Below, in pieces: positions 10,801 to 21,429 of a stretch of 64,000 nucleotides of DNA. Source of the DNA: Tubiluchus corallicola. Lineage: Eukaryota; Animalia; Priapulida. The stretch spans positions 124,001 through 188,000 of the forward strand of contig JAQGDQ010000244.1 of the NCBI GenBank assembly GCA_030141605.1. Reading direction: 5' to 3'. Made by a program: the position numbers and the translations under genes. Within the stretch, counting starts at the first letter, position 1; each line of letters starts with the position of its first letter. Under the pieces are notes generated by a model, which had not been told where the DNA came from, did not search any database, and saw only the letters and a program-made list of their open reading frames with translations.

Positions 10801-12519
10801 CATGAGAATGACTTGGAAATGAATTCATTTTTGCACATTATTCGTAGTTTGTCATTGGATGAAAGCAATTTAGATATTCGCATTGAAAACCTCAAACGTG
10901 AATGTGCTACTGATCCAGAATATCAAGATCTGATACAATATGTACTAAATGGATTTCCAGAAAAACGTTCTGAGCTACCATTACAGTTGAGACCTTATTG
11001 GCCAGTTCATGACCGTATAGCCATGGATGATGGACTTCTCGTGGTAGGCTGTCGCTTAATCATACCACGCTCCATGCGTCGCACAATACTACATGAACTT
11101 CACGCTAGCCACCAAGGAAAGGAAAGAACTAAACAACGGGCCAGAATGGTAGTTTACTGGCCCAACATAGACAATGACGTGGAAAATGTGGTCCGTTCAT
11201 GCCGTGAGTGCCAAGAAGAATTACCGTCTCATTGCAAAGAACCAATGGTCACTCATTTGAAACCCACATTTCCTTTTGAATACTTATCCGCTGATCTCGC
11301 CACCTATGCTGGTAAAGATTTTCTTATCGCTGTTGACCATCTTTCTGGATGGCCATTCGTGTATGAACTTAGTACACATGCAGATGCCAGTCGTGTTATA
11401 AGTGCAATGCGGAAGATATTTTGCCAGACTGCTGTCCCAACTGTTCTGTGGACTGATGGAGGACCTCAATTTACTGCTGCTAAATTTCGCGATTTTCTCA
11501 TTCGATGGGGGGTGAGACATCATACTAGTACTCCTCATTATCCTCAGTCCAACGGACGTGCTGAAGCAGCTGTGAAATCTTTAAAAAAGATTTTGAAGCG
11601 ATGCTGGAATGCTAAAACACGTCATGTCGATGAAGATAAATGGACGGCAGCTATGTTACAATACCGCAATACACCCGCTGCTAATGGGAAGTCGCCTGCC
11701 CAAGTATTGTTTGGACACAATGTTCAAGATGTGCTTCCGGCACATCGACGTGCCTTCGCACCAGAGTGGCAGCGCTCCTTCCAGCAAGCAGAAGCCAAAT
11801 CTACCGAGCTGCAGGAGTCACTCGTTGAGCGATACAACCGTGATGCAAAGCCTCTCAGTACTTTAGATGTTGGTGCTCACGTACTCGTGCAAAACCATCA
11901 GACAAAGAGATGGGACTTAAGAGGTGTTGTTGTTGAAATTGGTAGACACAGAAAGTACTACATCAAAATGGATTGCAGTGGACGAGTACTTACGCGTAAT
12001 CGCCGTTTCATTCGCCGCAGGTATCCCGTCCTGCCTCCGGAACACAAGGGAGTCATCGTAGAGGATCCGCCTCCACATATGCATGATCGACCTATACTTG
12101 CGCCATCAAATAATTTACCAGATGATCGCATTCCACCCGTGCCAGATGTTTGTGCCCCGCCAGTTCACCGCACGAGATCAGGACGACCAACACGTCCACC
12201 AACGAGATTCATTCAAGAGACATTTTGAATTTATGTTACATAACATACATGTTGCGTATTACCAGATTAAATGTGTGGTGAAATTTGAATTCCTTCATTT
12301 GTTCTTAAGGACTTAAGGGGGAGATGTGCGGGTTTTGTGTTAATAGCACTGCTCGTGCGTAAGTAACGGCAGTGCGTTTTCTTGTGAAGAAATGATTACT
12401 GCATGTGCCATCTTGCGTTGCTTTCCACTGTGCAAGTATCTTATGTAATGTCATACATTTACTCATAATAATATTTCCAAGCAACCTAAATATGTGTTCG
12501 TGTCTTTGGGAATAAAACA
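7804..12519 (+). mobile_element. Full-length intact Ty3/gypsy LTR retrotransposon (Mag-like)
   Basis: Identical 195-bp LTRs at 7804-7998 and 12325-12519 (TG...CA); PBS tggcgctgcgagc at 7999 (tRNA-Ser-like); PPT aagggggaga at 12315-12324; 5-bp TSD CTACT; single gag-pol ORF. Confidence 0.97.
8047..12228 (+). CDS. Gag-Pol polyprotein, 1393 aa (Gag with 2 CCHC knuckles, protease, RT, RNase H, integrase)
   Basis: CGNCGSLH..C and CGNCGKLNH..C; PDTGAS; RT IDALKGYHQ and RIVDD; RNase H TDAS/DHKPL/ADALSR; integrase HHCC plus D-D-E (LSADL, TDGGPQF, NGRAE). RT-RH-IN order indicates gypsy. Confidence 0.96.
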   Translation: MEGNVNVPDGNAPPAVVHTFDFRTASVARPDMLDLSIHRGEHFRLWRTKWDSYFELSGLSTAQNRTQYNALIVNCSDDTLKVILNLGLPDAEKQNVPRILHEIERYVRGIINVVVERRNFHQRVQREGENVDDFITDIRELAKSCEFCDTCLPSLIRDRIVVGIRDEGTIRKLLSQDNLSLEHAVRICRADEAAKQHCEQIKSVPMINKTAARRKSQYKRYKSVQQGAQTASTSQCAKVCGNCGSLHASRDRCPAKGKTCGNCGKLNHFQAVCRSKTKKSSFQPRRTESQLSVIQLTGLFQVAAQENPPTVKVKVTSLNGNILYNMLPDTGASVCAGGLDFLYALGENTANIDKPVHQPVAVDGHHVTVVGTLPCKIMLEDKWFEDSFHIIPQMTGAVLSWKATKALNLVPANYPTPLANSTSVNVMRSLQPPKSPIPAPRKSAMAKTTAEDLMEQFPTVFDGFIRKMPGEEFRISLTDDAKPFAVNAPRRIPFAYRDKLKRELDRLQEQNIITPVTEPTEWCAPIVVAPKEDKESVRICCDLSHLNKYVKHERYCSQTPAEVVTEISAHDANFFTVIDALKGYHQCPLSEESQHLTTFITPFGRFKYLRAPYGISSISEHYNRRMDEAFQGLKGYKRIVDDFVIYDKDQAEHVQHVKQFLQRCQDRQIAINREKFRFSQTKVKFAGFILSKDGYEIDPSMTQSIRDFPIPKNVTDLRSFFGLVNQLGSFTNCIADVLAPLRPLLSKKNDFLWDKSHDKAFAESRKLLSNSPVLSYYMPGQPLQLHTDASKLNGIGYVLRQYYPDRTWRVIQAGSRFLTDTESRYAPIELEMLAAVWAMSKCRLFLEGAQKFELVVDHKPLKPILDSHRLDEIDNPRLQRMKIKIMPFNFRTTWCAGELHKAADALSRSPVSAPDETDHENDLEMNSFLHIIRSLSLDESNLDIRIENLKRECATDPEYQDLIQYVLNGFPEKRSELPLQLRPYWPVHDRIAMDDGLLVVGCRLIIPRSMRRTILHELHASHQGKERTKQRARMVVYWPNIDNDVENVVRSCRECQEELPSHCKEPMVTHLKPTFPFEYLSADLATYAGKDFLIAVDHLSGWPFVYELSTHADASRVISAMRKIFCQTAVPTVLWTDGGPQFTAAKFRDFLIRWGVRHHTSTPHYPQSNGRAEAAVKSLKKILKRCWNAKTRHVDEDKWTAAMLQYRNTPAANGKSPAQVLFGHNVQDVLPAHRRAFAPEWQRSFQQAEAKSTELQESLVERYNRDAKPLSTLDVGAHVLVQNHQTKRWDLRGVVVEIGRHRKYYIKMDCSGRVLTRNRRFIRRRYPVLPPEHKGVIVEDPPPHMHDRPILAPSNNLPDDRIPPVPDVCAPPVHRTRSGRPTRPPTRFIQETF

Positions 12520-12646
12520 CTACTACTACTACTACTACTACACTACTACTACTACTACTGCTACTATTACTGCCACTACTACTGCTACTATTACTGCCAC
12601 TACTACTGCCACTACTACTGCACTACTACCACTACTACTGCTACTG

Positions 12647-12695
<49 letters not shown>

Positions 12696-12705
12696 GACTA
12701 CTACT

Positions 12706-12736
<31 letters not shown>

Positions 12737-12737
12737 T
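12520..12737. repeat. (TAC)n-derived imperfect microsatellite, right part
   Basis: tac/cac/tgc/gac triplet array immediately after the 3' LTR. Confidence 0.92.
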
Positions 12738-13087
12738 AATGTGTTTAAAATATCATATTTACACGTAAATTGCAATTTGCACTAAAAATATCCACAGCTC
12801 TAAAGATATTACCGCGAATGTTTTTTTCTTTATTATAAGACTTTGTTTCACTGTAAAATCTATCTTTAATAACACGCAAATTCTACTATCGAATGCGTGT
12901 TTACAAAACAATACACGAAAAGCTTTAACTTTGATTATTATCATTGTACAAACATATATCACGTTTATATTAATAAGTATTTATGATGATTCTATAAGAC
13001 ATTATAATAAGTGTACTCCTTTCCGAAAAAATCAAAAACCTTTAAATAATTTAATATAAAATGTATAAAGCTATCGACTAACTGTGG

Positions 13088-16000
13088 TTAGGTAACAGGA
13101 ACTGTTAACCTAACGTGATTTTCATAAAATGCTAAGTTGATTTCTTGTGGATGGTGCGTCCGATGTTGGTGATATTCTTCTAAACAGTCCAAAGCCGTTG
13201 GTTGATAATTTCGGTAAAATTTGTTTGCGAAAAATCTATGTTTAAATTTCGATTGCAGAGTATGCAGATCACCTACGCCCAGTACGCAGACAGCGCGTAC
13301 GAATTTCCCTCGGCACTCTTCCTCGGTTCTCCATATTACTGCGCGCGCAAGAAAATTGGAAGATGTCTTCACTCCTAGAACACAATTAAAAAAAAGGTTT
13401 ATAGTTGAAAACAGCCCAACTTTATTAAAACGTTTACATTAAAAAGTTCAAATCATGCCAAACGTTTCGACAGGCTACTGCTGTCACAACCAGTGTTACA
13501 AACATACAGCCAGTTTATATAGTCAGAGCCTAATATGCACTAATTAAGCAGTCAACAGAAGCCAAATAGGTAATGAATAAGCAGACCAGTAAAGAATTTA
13601 TACAACAACAAAATAAAATTTAATAGCTAAGTGCTTAAAAATAAAGTTAAAGGAATTGAACTGCTTTGTACTTAAGAAAAGTCTTATTAAGGTGCGTAGA
13701 TAAATTTTCTTTTATTAATAAGTCCCAGTTATTTGTAGTTCTGGTCGCAATGCGGAAATTATTAAAATCATCTTTGTGGCCAGAGGCACACAAATATGGT
13801 TATTATTGCTGGATTGAGGAGAATTTTTTATTTCTTTTGCCAATTTAAAATTGGGTTAAAATTTAGGTTGATTAGTACACTTTCAGGTTTGCATAAAAAT
13901 GAGATTTAAATTTAAATGCACGTGTGCAAACCACCCTTCAAATGCTACAATGTCCAAGTATTATTTTGTCGCAAACGCCAGCTGCCATTACAGTTTTATT
14001 TGGAGTGCCTATGGTAAGCTGGAACCGATAGGCAATAATTGTATAATAATCGAAGTAATGCAATGCAACAGAGAATAGGTCTAAATACATTTGAGTAACA
14101 CGAAAAAACTTGAAATAAGTTTAGGTAGCATTGCGTAAAGTGTGAAAAAATAATCAGAGCATGCGTAGCGCACTCATTCACTAAAGTTTAAATTACCGCA
14201 TCTTGTACGCAATAACGTAACGTACGTGAGATTAAAAATGCGTTTTTTGGTGAATCAATGGTGCACACTGGGATGGCGATGCAGTGCTCTTTTACCAGAT
14301 GGAGTGAACATTTTAAGTTATTAAGAATTTTATTTTTTACTAACATCAGTTATTTTCTAACAGGTAAACGTTGTGCAAAGTAATATAGTTTTGTATAGAA
14401 AGTTTTTTAGATCTACTTTAAAATTGCCGTTTCTTTCCCTTCAGCTAATGTACATAGAGATGAATTGCATTTGTGGTGTGTCTTTAAACTTCAAGCTTGC
14501 GTCCGGGAAACGGAAGTGAAATGCTTATTGATTACTGGTTGCTTATTGTTGACGTTTTCAAAGTGATTCATTAAAAAGTGTCACTAGTCTCTCAGCTTGA
14601 CGTCATGACCATTGGCCAAGTCCAGTTTAAGGCAAAACCTGACCCAATCTTAATCTGTAGGTCAAAACAATCTACTCTTTAAAATATTGAAAGGAAACGT
14701 ACTATTTTTTTCAAAAAATTACTCACCTGAAAGAGTGATTACCACACAAACACAATTTCACGTTCGCGTCACTAGTACATCGCTGTTACATGCATTTCGC
14801 CATTTGATAGTTAGACGGGCACTAGCGCTTGTATTTCAGAAGCGCATTGCGCAAAACCAGGTGCTGTAACTCTTATTTCAGATGCGTTAGTTTGTGACGA
14901 ACTACACACGTGTGACAGCTCATGCGTGAGCACAGCTATAAATTTGAATTTTTGTCTTGAAACTTGCCTAAATTTAGTTCAACACACTGAATATCTTACA
15001 GTAACACTGTACTTCAATCTTCGCTTTCATAAACACGTGCAACACGTAGAACATTTTTGCCGTTAAAAATCATGTTAGTTTGTGATGTCATCAATAATTG
15101 GGCTCGCCCGCCGTTACTTAAGTTTTAAATCTATTAATTAATTATCAGAAGCGCTTTTGCAGTATTAATTGTGTTAAAATGTATAATTTTTTTAGCGGAC
15201 TTGACTTGAAAATAGGGTAGTATATGAAAAATCAGCATTTGTTTCTTTAACTTAGATTTTTTGAAGTTTTAAAACGACAGTAATACAGCGCTTATACACC
15301 ATATGTAGAACTTTCGGCTTATGCAGCTTGAATACTTACGACTTTGGCGACGCCTACTGACATTATGAGCAGCAGCGTACAATGTGCCCCACCACGCCTC
15401 GTCCGGATTCACGCTATCGCTCAGCCATATTAGAAGCTCTTTGGCTAACTGGCTAAACATGACAAACTCCAGAAACGATCTGCTAAACACACCGTATCTG
15501 CTCGACTTCCACAGAGTCAGTTTACTTGGTATCTCACTCTTTTTCAACTTTGTTTTTACGAGTTTCGAAAGATTGCTTGTGGCATTGTAGTGGCTGTAGA
15601 CTTTCATATTCGTTCTTTTGAGCACTAACGAATGTATGTATTGCTCTATCTCACTCTTGTTATACTGGTGATAAATTTTCAGTATTTTCACAAATTCCAG
15701 ATTGGTTTTGAGCGGAAATTCTTGAGCAGCGACATTTAAGTAGTACTTCCATCTTGGAGAGATTCTTAGCAATTCCTTGATACACAGGAGTTCTTCGGTT
15801 AGCTGACTAATACCAGTGTACGTCACAGTTACTGGATTCACAATTATCACGTTATGGAAGCACCTAGAAAGCTTTCTCATGAGTCTATGTGTTTCTAATG
15901 GTTCCTTCCCATCAACGTGTATGCAATAATAGTTTTGAGGCATGTATAAAGCACGCAGGAGTCTTTCAACTTCTAATATCTCACTTCGCATCATTATGCT

Positions 16001-18409
16001 GCGACAAATTAAAAATAACGATATAACGAAGCAATTCACTACAGATACAGATATAGACCCAAACAGACATTCTCAAAAATTTAAAGAATTTTAATCACTC
16101 ATAACGGTGAATACAGTGCGGTACAAGACCTTTTGCTAGGGGGTATAGTAGTATACAACAATTTGTTATATCAAAGTATTCCTCGCACAATAACGAATCT
16201 ATCATTCTCTCAAAATATAGAGTGGAAGGTTTGTACGCCCCACACAGTCTGCAAACTTGTATTAAAGAGAAAGTTGATTAAAAAGAAGAATATGTTATTT
16301 ACATAAATGATACATATATTAAAAGTATATTAAAATTTCATTTCAGCGTGCAAAATGTCTGAATTTATCATATGCGATAAAGTTTTACTGACAGAATTTA
16401 AAATTTGACATCTAAGATTAGAGACGTGATAACCTTAAAATGGTAGACATTGTTCTGTACACATATTGTGGAGGCTCGACTTTTGCCTCTTCGTATATTT
16501 AAAAAAACTACCGTAGCAGTGTAGCGGGCAGCTTATTGCAGTTTTATTACTAAATCCTTCTGACATTTTTCATGAACATTCAAATAAGCTTAACCTCCTA
16601 GAAGACTTGACTTTTCCTTTAAAAGAAAACCGGACGATTGTTTAGACTCAATCTCATTTTAATTTACTGTCCAAAATATACATTTTCTTGCCTATAAAAG
16701 TTAATAATTGTTTCTTATGTTTGAATAATTAGCTTAGAAAGTTAATTAACGACAACCGAACACAGCTATTGCTTACGTCAGAAACTAATCACAGTTTGTG
16801 CAATGGCAGGCATCTCCCTTGCGCGTCAAGCACGTTTGCGCTAGTGTTACTGCTTAAACGGATGATGTCACGAAAATGGCCTCTACATCATATGACGTCA
16901 GAAACTAACACGGCAGTTCATGATCATGGTTATCATGGGTACCGCCTTCTGTTGGTCGGCCACGCGCATGTGAAAAAAGGCACCGCTGCCAATCTCTGAG
17001 CCGCGCGTAGCTTGGAGAAAGTTTAACAAAATTTGAGTATCTGAGGTAATTATTATTTAATCTAAGCTTTGATTTAAGATAAGCTATTGTAGTTTTCAAT
17101 ATTTAGAGGATTCTTTATTCTGAACTCGTGTTTACACAATCGTGGTTGCTCCAATCCAGCGCCTCAAGATTGCATACTGTGCGAGATGTACGAAGCTTCT
17201 TCATAAAATTTTGAATGTATAATCGATTTGCTGTTGTTTTAGCAGTACTTTGATGTACCGTACTATTTACTCATTGCTTTTGCGCCCTCTAGCAAAATAT
17301 TGTATACCGCCACTTGTTAATTTGATTAATTTAACAGTTTAGTATTTCAGATAAAAACGTATTTTGTCGTTTTTGTCAGTTATAACGAAATAATTTAAAG
17401 ATTTTCAAATAATCATTATGTGGGTTTGGGTTTTAAAGAAAAGAGCAACTCTTCTAGGAGGTTAGGCTTATTTCAATGTTCGCCAAAAATATTAGAAGGA
17501 TTTAGTACTAAAACTGCAATAAGCGCCTTGTGTAATTAGTAAAATCACTTTAAAGTCGCGATCACTTCATGCTTGAGCGCTTCCATTTTCAATGCCCATT
17601 CTTCTTCCAATGACGTCATTCGCCTTGAAGAAAAGTAGCGCACTGTCAATCTTCCTCAAAAGTATAATATGTTTTTACAAAAAAAATAGATAGCTAATTT
17701 TGTAATTTTTTGTGTGAACATTAAGTAAGCTGCGGAAGTTTGAATTAGTTTAAGCAGTGCACGCTTACGGAAAGTCACGACACGCTTACGAAAAGTCACG
17801 AAGTCTCTCAATTACGTCATGACTTTCAAGTGAATGGCGGCATCTACCACGCCCGAAAATTTTTATTCAGAGGTAGTAAATTTTAAATTTATGCTTCATA
17901 GGCAATTCTTTGAAAATTTGTTTGTTATATTTTTCTAGATTCAATTGATAACAGTAAAATAAACCCAACATGCTGAGCGACTTGTTCTTTCCTTTAATTA
18001 AAACTTATAATAACTTTGGGACTTACGTAAAAGCAAGAGGAAACTGTTCTTCCTCATCTGATAATGGCTTCGAAGGGTAGTTCCGTTTTCGTCTAAACGC
18101 AGTGCAGTTCGCAATTTCAAAATCAAAATCACTCGAATTAAATAAAATCGACGATGATTTCTCGTCATACGCAACGGCTTTATCTATCTCAGCTTGATCA
18201 CCTTCGAACAAAGCCTGACAGTTGATAGTTTTGGTGGCACTTTCGTTCAAACCACTAGTCGCAAACGAACGCAATCTGTCAGTCACGTACAAAGCTTCTT
18301 CGAAATTTAATTTTCGATTATCACTAATTTTATTTATTATGAAGTAGCAACATATGATACACGAGCCCAAAGACAAGCTAAATATGCGACAGTTCCGCTT
18401 AGGTTTCAT
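13088..18409 (-). CDS. GT14 beta-1,6-N-acetylglucosaminyltransferase (GCNT core-2/I-branching-like), paralogue A, 442 aa; exons 18409-18027, 15998-15340, 13374-13088
   Basis: Type II TM anchor; FPLAFTIMM, CIHVDGK, YYLNVAAQEFPLKTN, PDEAWWGTL, CRGKFVRAVCVLGVGDL, FANKF; GT-AG introns with matching phases 2 and 1; total 1329 nt. Confidence 0.9.
13440..13800 (-). mobile_element. Penelope-like element 3' remnant (GIY-YIG C-terminus plus degenerate hammerhead-like motif)
   Basis: Minus strand HICASGHKDDFNNFRI..NNWDLLIKE..LN..SIPL; a related copy lies on + at about 19851-20020. Confidence 0.55.
14627..15250. mobile_element. Old Kolobok-like non-autonomous element; related copy at about 25362-25925
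   Basis: TTAA at both ends; shares blocks with the second copy (aaaacaatctac, aaatattgaaagg, cactgtacttcaat, gtagtatatgaaaaatc). Confidence 0.45.
16623..17143 (+). mobile_element. Kolobok-like MITE family Y, right end truncated
   Basis: Highly similar to 31356-31876; starts after TTAA at 16619-16622. Confidence 0.75.
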
Positions 18410-18799
18410 TTTTCTTCTTGCGTTTTAGGCCTTGTTTCTTCTCAAACACAAGCAGGTATGAATAAACAATAGCTAGGTAAACAATAGAGCTACATAACGT
18501 GTAACAGCACACAGTCTGTATTGTGGTAAGCCAACGCGACTGATAATCTATACTCGTGTAGATAAATATCTATACTCGTGTACATAATGTATGGTATCAC
18601 GTCTACCTACGCGCTACCTAGTTTTTTTGTATGGACTATGAACCGTCTTGTATCATATTATTTCTTATGATTGAATTTCATATGAATCACACGAATGCAA
18701 TGCAGAAACACGTGTTCAGGGGTTGTAACAGCTGAGAGTCAGCGTGTCATAGATTATTAATGGGTAAAAGTTTCGTGTATGTATCACAAATTTAAGGTA

Positions 18800-18981
18800 G
18801 TCTCTCTTTCTCTATCTCTCTCGCTCTCCCTCTCTCTCTCTTTCTTTCTTTCTGTCTTTCTCCTTCTCCCTCCTTCTCTTCTTCACTCTCTTTGTCTCAC
18901 TCTCTCCTTCACTCTCTGTCTCTTTCTCTCTCCCTCTCTCTGTCTCTCACTCTCTCTCTCTCTCTCACTCACTCAGTCTCT

Positions 18982-19014
<33 letters not shown>

Positions 19015-19034
19015 ACTCACTCAGTCTCTTTCTT

Positions 19035-19086
<52 letters not shown>

Positions 19087-19115
19087 TGCTCACTCAATCT
19101 CTCTCTCTCTCTCTC
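18800..19115. repeat. (CT)n-rich polypyrimidine microsatellite
   Basis: Direct reading. Confidence 0.92.
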
Positions 19116-19328
19116 AGACTTCAACACACAACATACTGATTCCTAGAGGCTGTGGCTCATTCATGTATTCAATGTGATGTCTTCCTGTATAACAGCACTG
19201 CATGGCGTACAATGTTTCAAAAACAGAGAAACATGAAACGAAAAAAGACTGTATCTCGGTATTTTCTTTTTCATAAACAATCTTTTTCAGGCAGACAGTG
19301 GAAAACATTGAAGAGCAAAATTGCACTG

Positions 19329-19400
19329 GGCTGGGTGGCTGAGTGGTCCAGATTTTGGAATGCAACCACGCATTCTTGAGTTCGAATCTAGCAGGGCATG
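19329..19400 (+). mobile_element. tRNA-derived SINE head / tRNA-like remnant
   Basis: A-box tggctgagtgg and B-box gttcgaatc; no intact cloverleaf. Confidence 0.45.
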
Positions 19401-19850
19401 TAACCTACATGTTATTCGTTATTTGTGTGTTGCTTCTTCAACTATATTATACAACTCGTTATTGCTAATGTCCGTTAGTGCTAAAATGGGCAACGATAAA
19501 TAAAATTGATCTTCTCTTTGTCTTTTGTGTTTGCTCAAAGTAGCTCAGAAGTTGGAAAAACATTTAAATACATGGAATACGTAAATAAAATGAACTCAAA
19601 AAAGTAAAATTTGTAGTAAAAATAAATAAATAAGTAAAAATAATAAGTAAATACCGATAATTATTAAAAATGTTACACAGATGATGCATTATGATTGATC
19701 AAAAAAGATTAACTGCTCAAAGTACCTTCATATAAATCAATTAATTACAAGTTATGCAGGTATGCACACTATTATTGAAAGAAACAAATTTTATTAAAAA
19801 TTTTAAAATACAAAATCATTCAATCCATAAATTATAAAATCTAGCATTCA

Positions 19851-20020
19851 TGGCCATATTTGTGCCTCTGGCACAAGTCTGATTTTAATAATTTCAGCAT
19901 TGTGATAAAGTTACAACTAACTGGGATTTATTAATAAAAGAAAGTTTGGCCATGCGCCCTAATAAGCCTTCTCTTAATGTGCATTGTGCATATTAGTTCA
20001 ATTCAATTAACTTTGTTTTC
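19851..20020 (+). mobile_element. Penelope-like GIY-YIG C-terminal remnant
   Basis: Similar to the reverse complement of about 13640-13800 (..NWDLLIKESL..). Confidence 0.5.
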
Positions 20021-20692
20021 AAACACTGAGCTACAGTTTTACTGTATCTTTTCTCTCTATATGTCTGTTTCTCTACGTCGTTGGCTTCTATATAAATTTG
20101 TATTAATAATACATAATAAGTGATTTTTCATGTACTGTAAGCTTGGTTTATGAAACTTGTTGCTACTAGAGTCAGGGCTGGATTTTGATTTTGTAGGCCC
20201 CTGGGCTACAGATACTGTGAGACCCCGGCCCCCAAAGTCACAATTAACAAAAGCATGAATGTTGGATACCTCAAATCAGTTTATTCGACTTCTACAACAT
20301 AATTCCAACATTAGACCCACATAGATGGGTGCAAGTCTAAGGCAACAAAGAGATATCTTATCTCTCTCAGATGAGATGTAGAGTGAATTTCTACAAAATT
20401 GTCTCATTATAATCAGAATTGCCATTGTGGTCGTACCAAACTTGAGAGCATGCTCATTGTTCACACCAGTAAGTGTTTGTGGCGTCTTCATACGTGAGCC
20501 ACATTCAGACTGGAGCAATATTAATCACCATGCCTGAGGAAATAGCTTCTAGCAACCGCAAAATGGCTAAAATGCAGTAAAATACAGTAAAATGCAAGTG
20601 CGGCTGAGACGTTCTGCCGTTTAGCCGTGTCCAGTGAGACGGACATTGGATTGAAAATTAGCACACACGCAAACATATTAAATTTTTCATGA

Positions 20693-21100
20693 ACAGTGGA
20701 TGGGCTATAAACTTAATAGTCTTAAATCAGTTTTATGTTTGACTATCCACATTTTGCTGGATAGATAATCTTGACAGTGAGTGGGCTGTAAACTTAACAG
20801 TCTTAAATCAGTTTTATGTTTGACTATCCACATTTTGCTGGATAGATAATCTTGACAGTGGGTGGGCTGTAAACTTAACAGTCTTAAATCAGTTTTATTT
20901 TTGACTATCCACATTTTGCTGGATAGATAATCTTGACAGTGGATGGGTTGTAAACTTAACAGTCTTAAATCAGTTTTATGTTTGACTATCCACACTTTGC
21001 TGGGTAGATAATCTTGACAGTGGATGGGCTGTAAACTTAACAGTCTTAAATCAGTTTTATGTTTGACTATCCACATTTTGCTGGGTAGATAATCTTGACA
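20693..21100. repeat. Minisatellite, 81-bp unit x5
   Basis: The gaca anchor of cttgaca recurs at 20773, 20854, 20935, 21016, 21097. Confidence 0.95.
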
Positions 21101-21429
21101 CTAAATAAATTAAGCTTAAATAATGGGTCATCCGCATTGCAATGTATTATGAACTTGCTTTTAAGATATATGACTACTAAAATAGAATACAATGAATATT
21201 ACCTAGGTAAATGTAGGTAAAATATATTTATTGAAGCAGAATTTTTCCCGTTTGAGGAAGTCTATGTACCAGAATTTAGCTCTCATTTGAGGCCTCCAAA
21301 TTGTGCTTAAAAAGAGGAAAAGGCGTTGGTGGACGGGGCACCCAGCTTACAGCACTCCTCCAGACCCCCTAGCTGCTTGTACGTCAAACTCTGACGGCAC
21401 CCAGGGAAATGTGTCAATCCAAACAGCCA

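Noticed and set aside
19329-19400. Functional tRNA gene
   Set aside because: A and B boxes present but acceptor and anticodon stems do not pair; treated as a SINE head.
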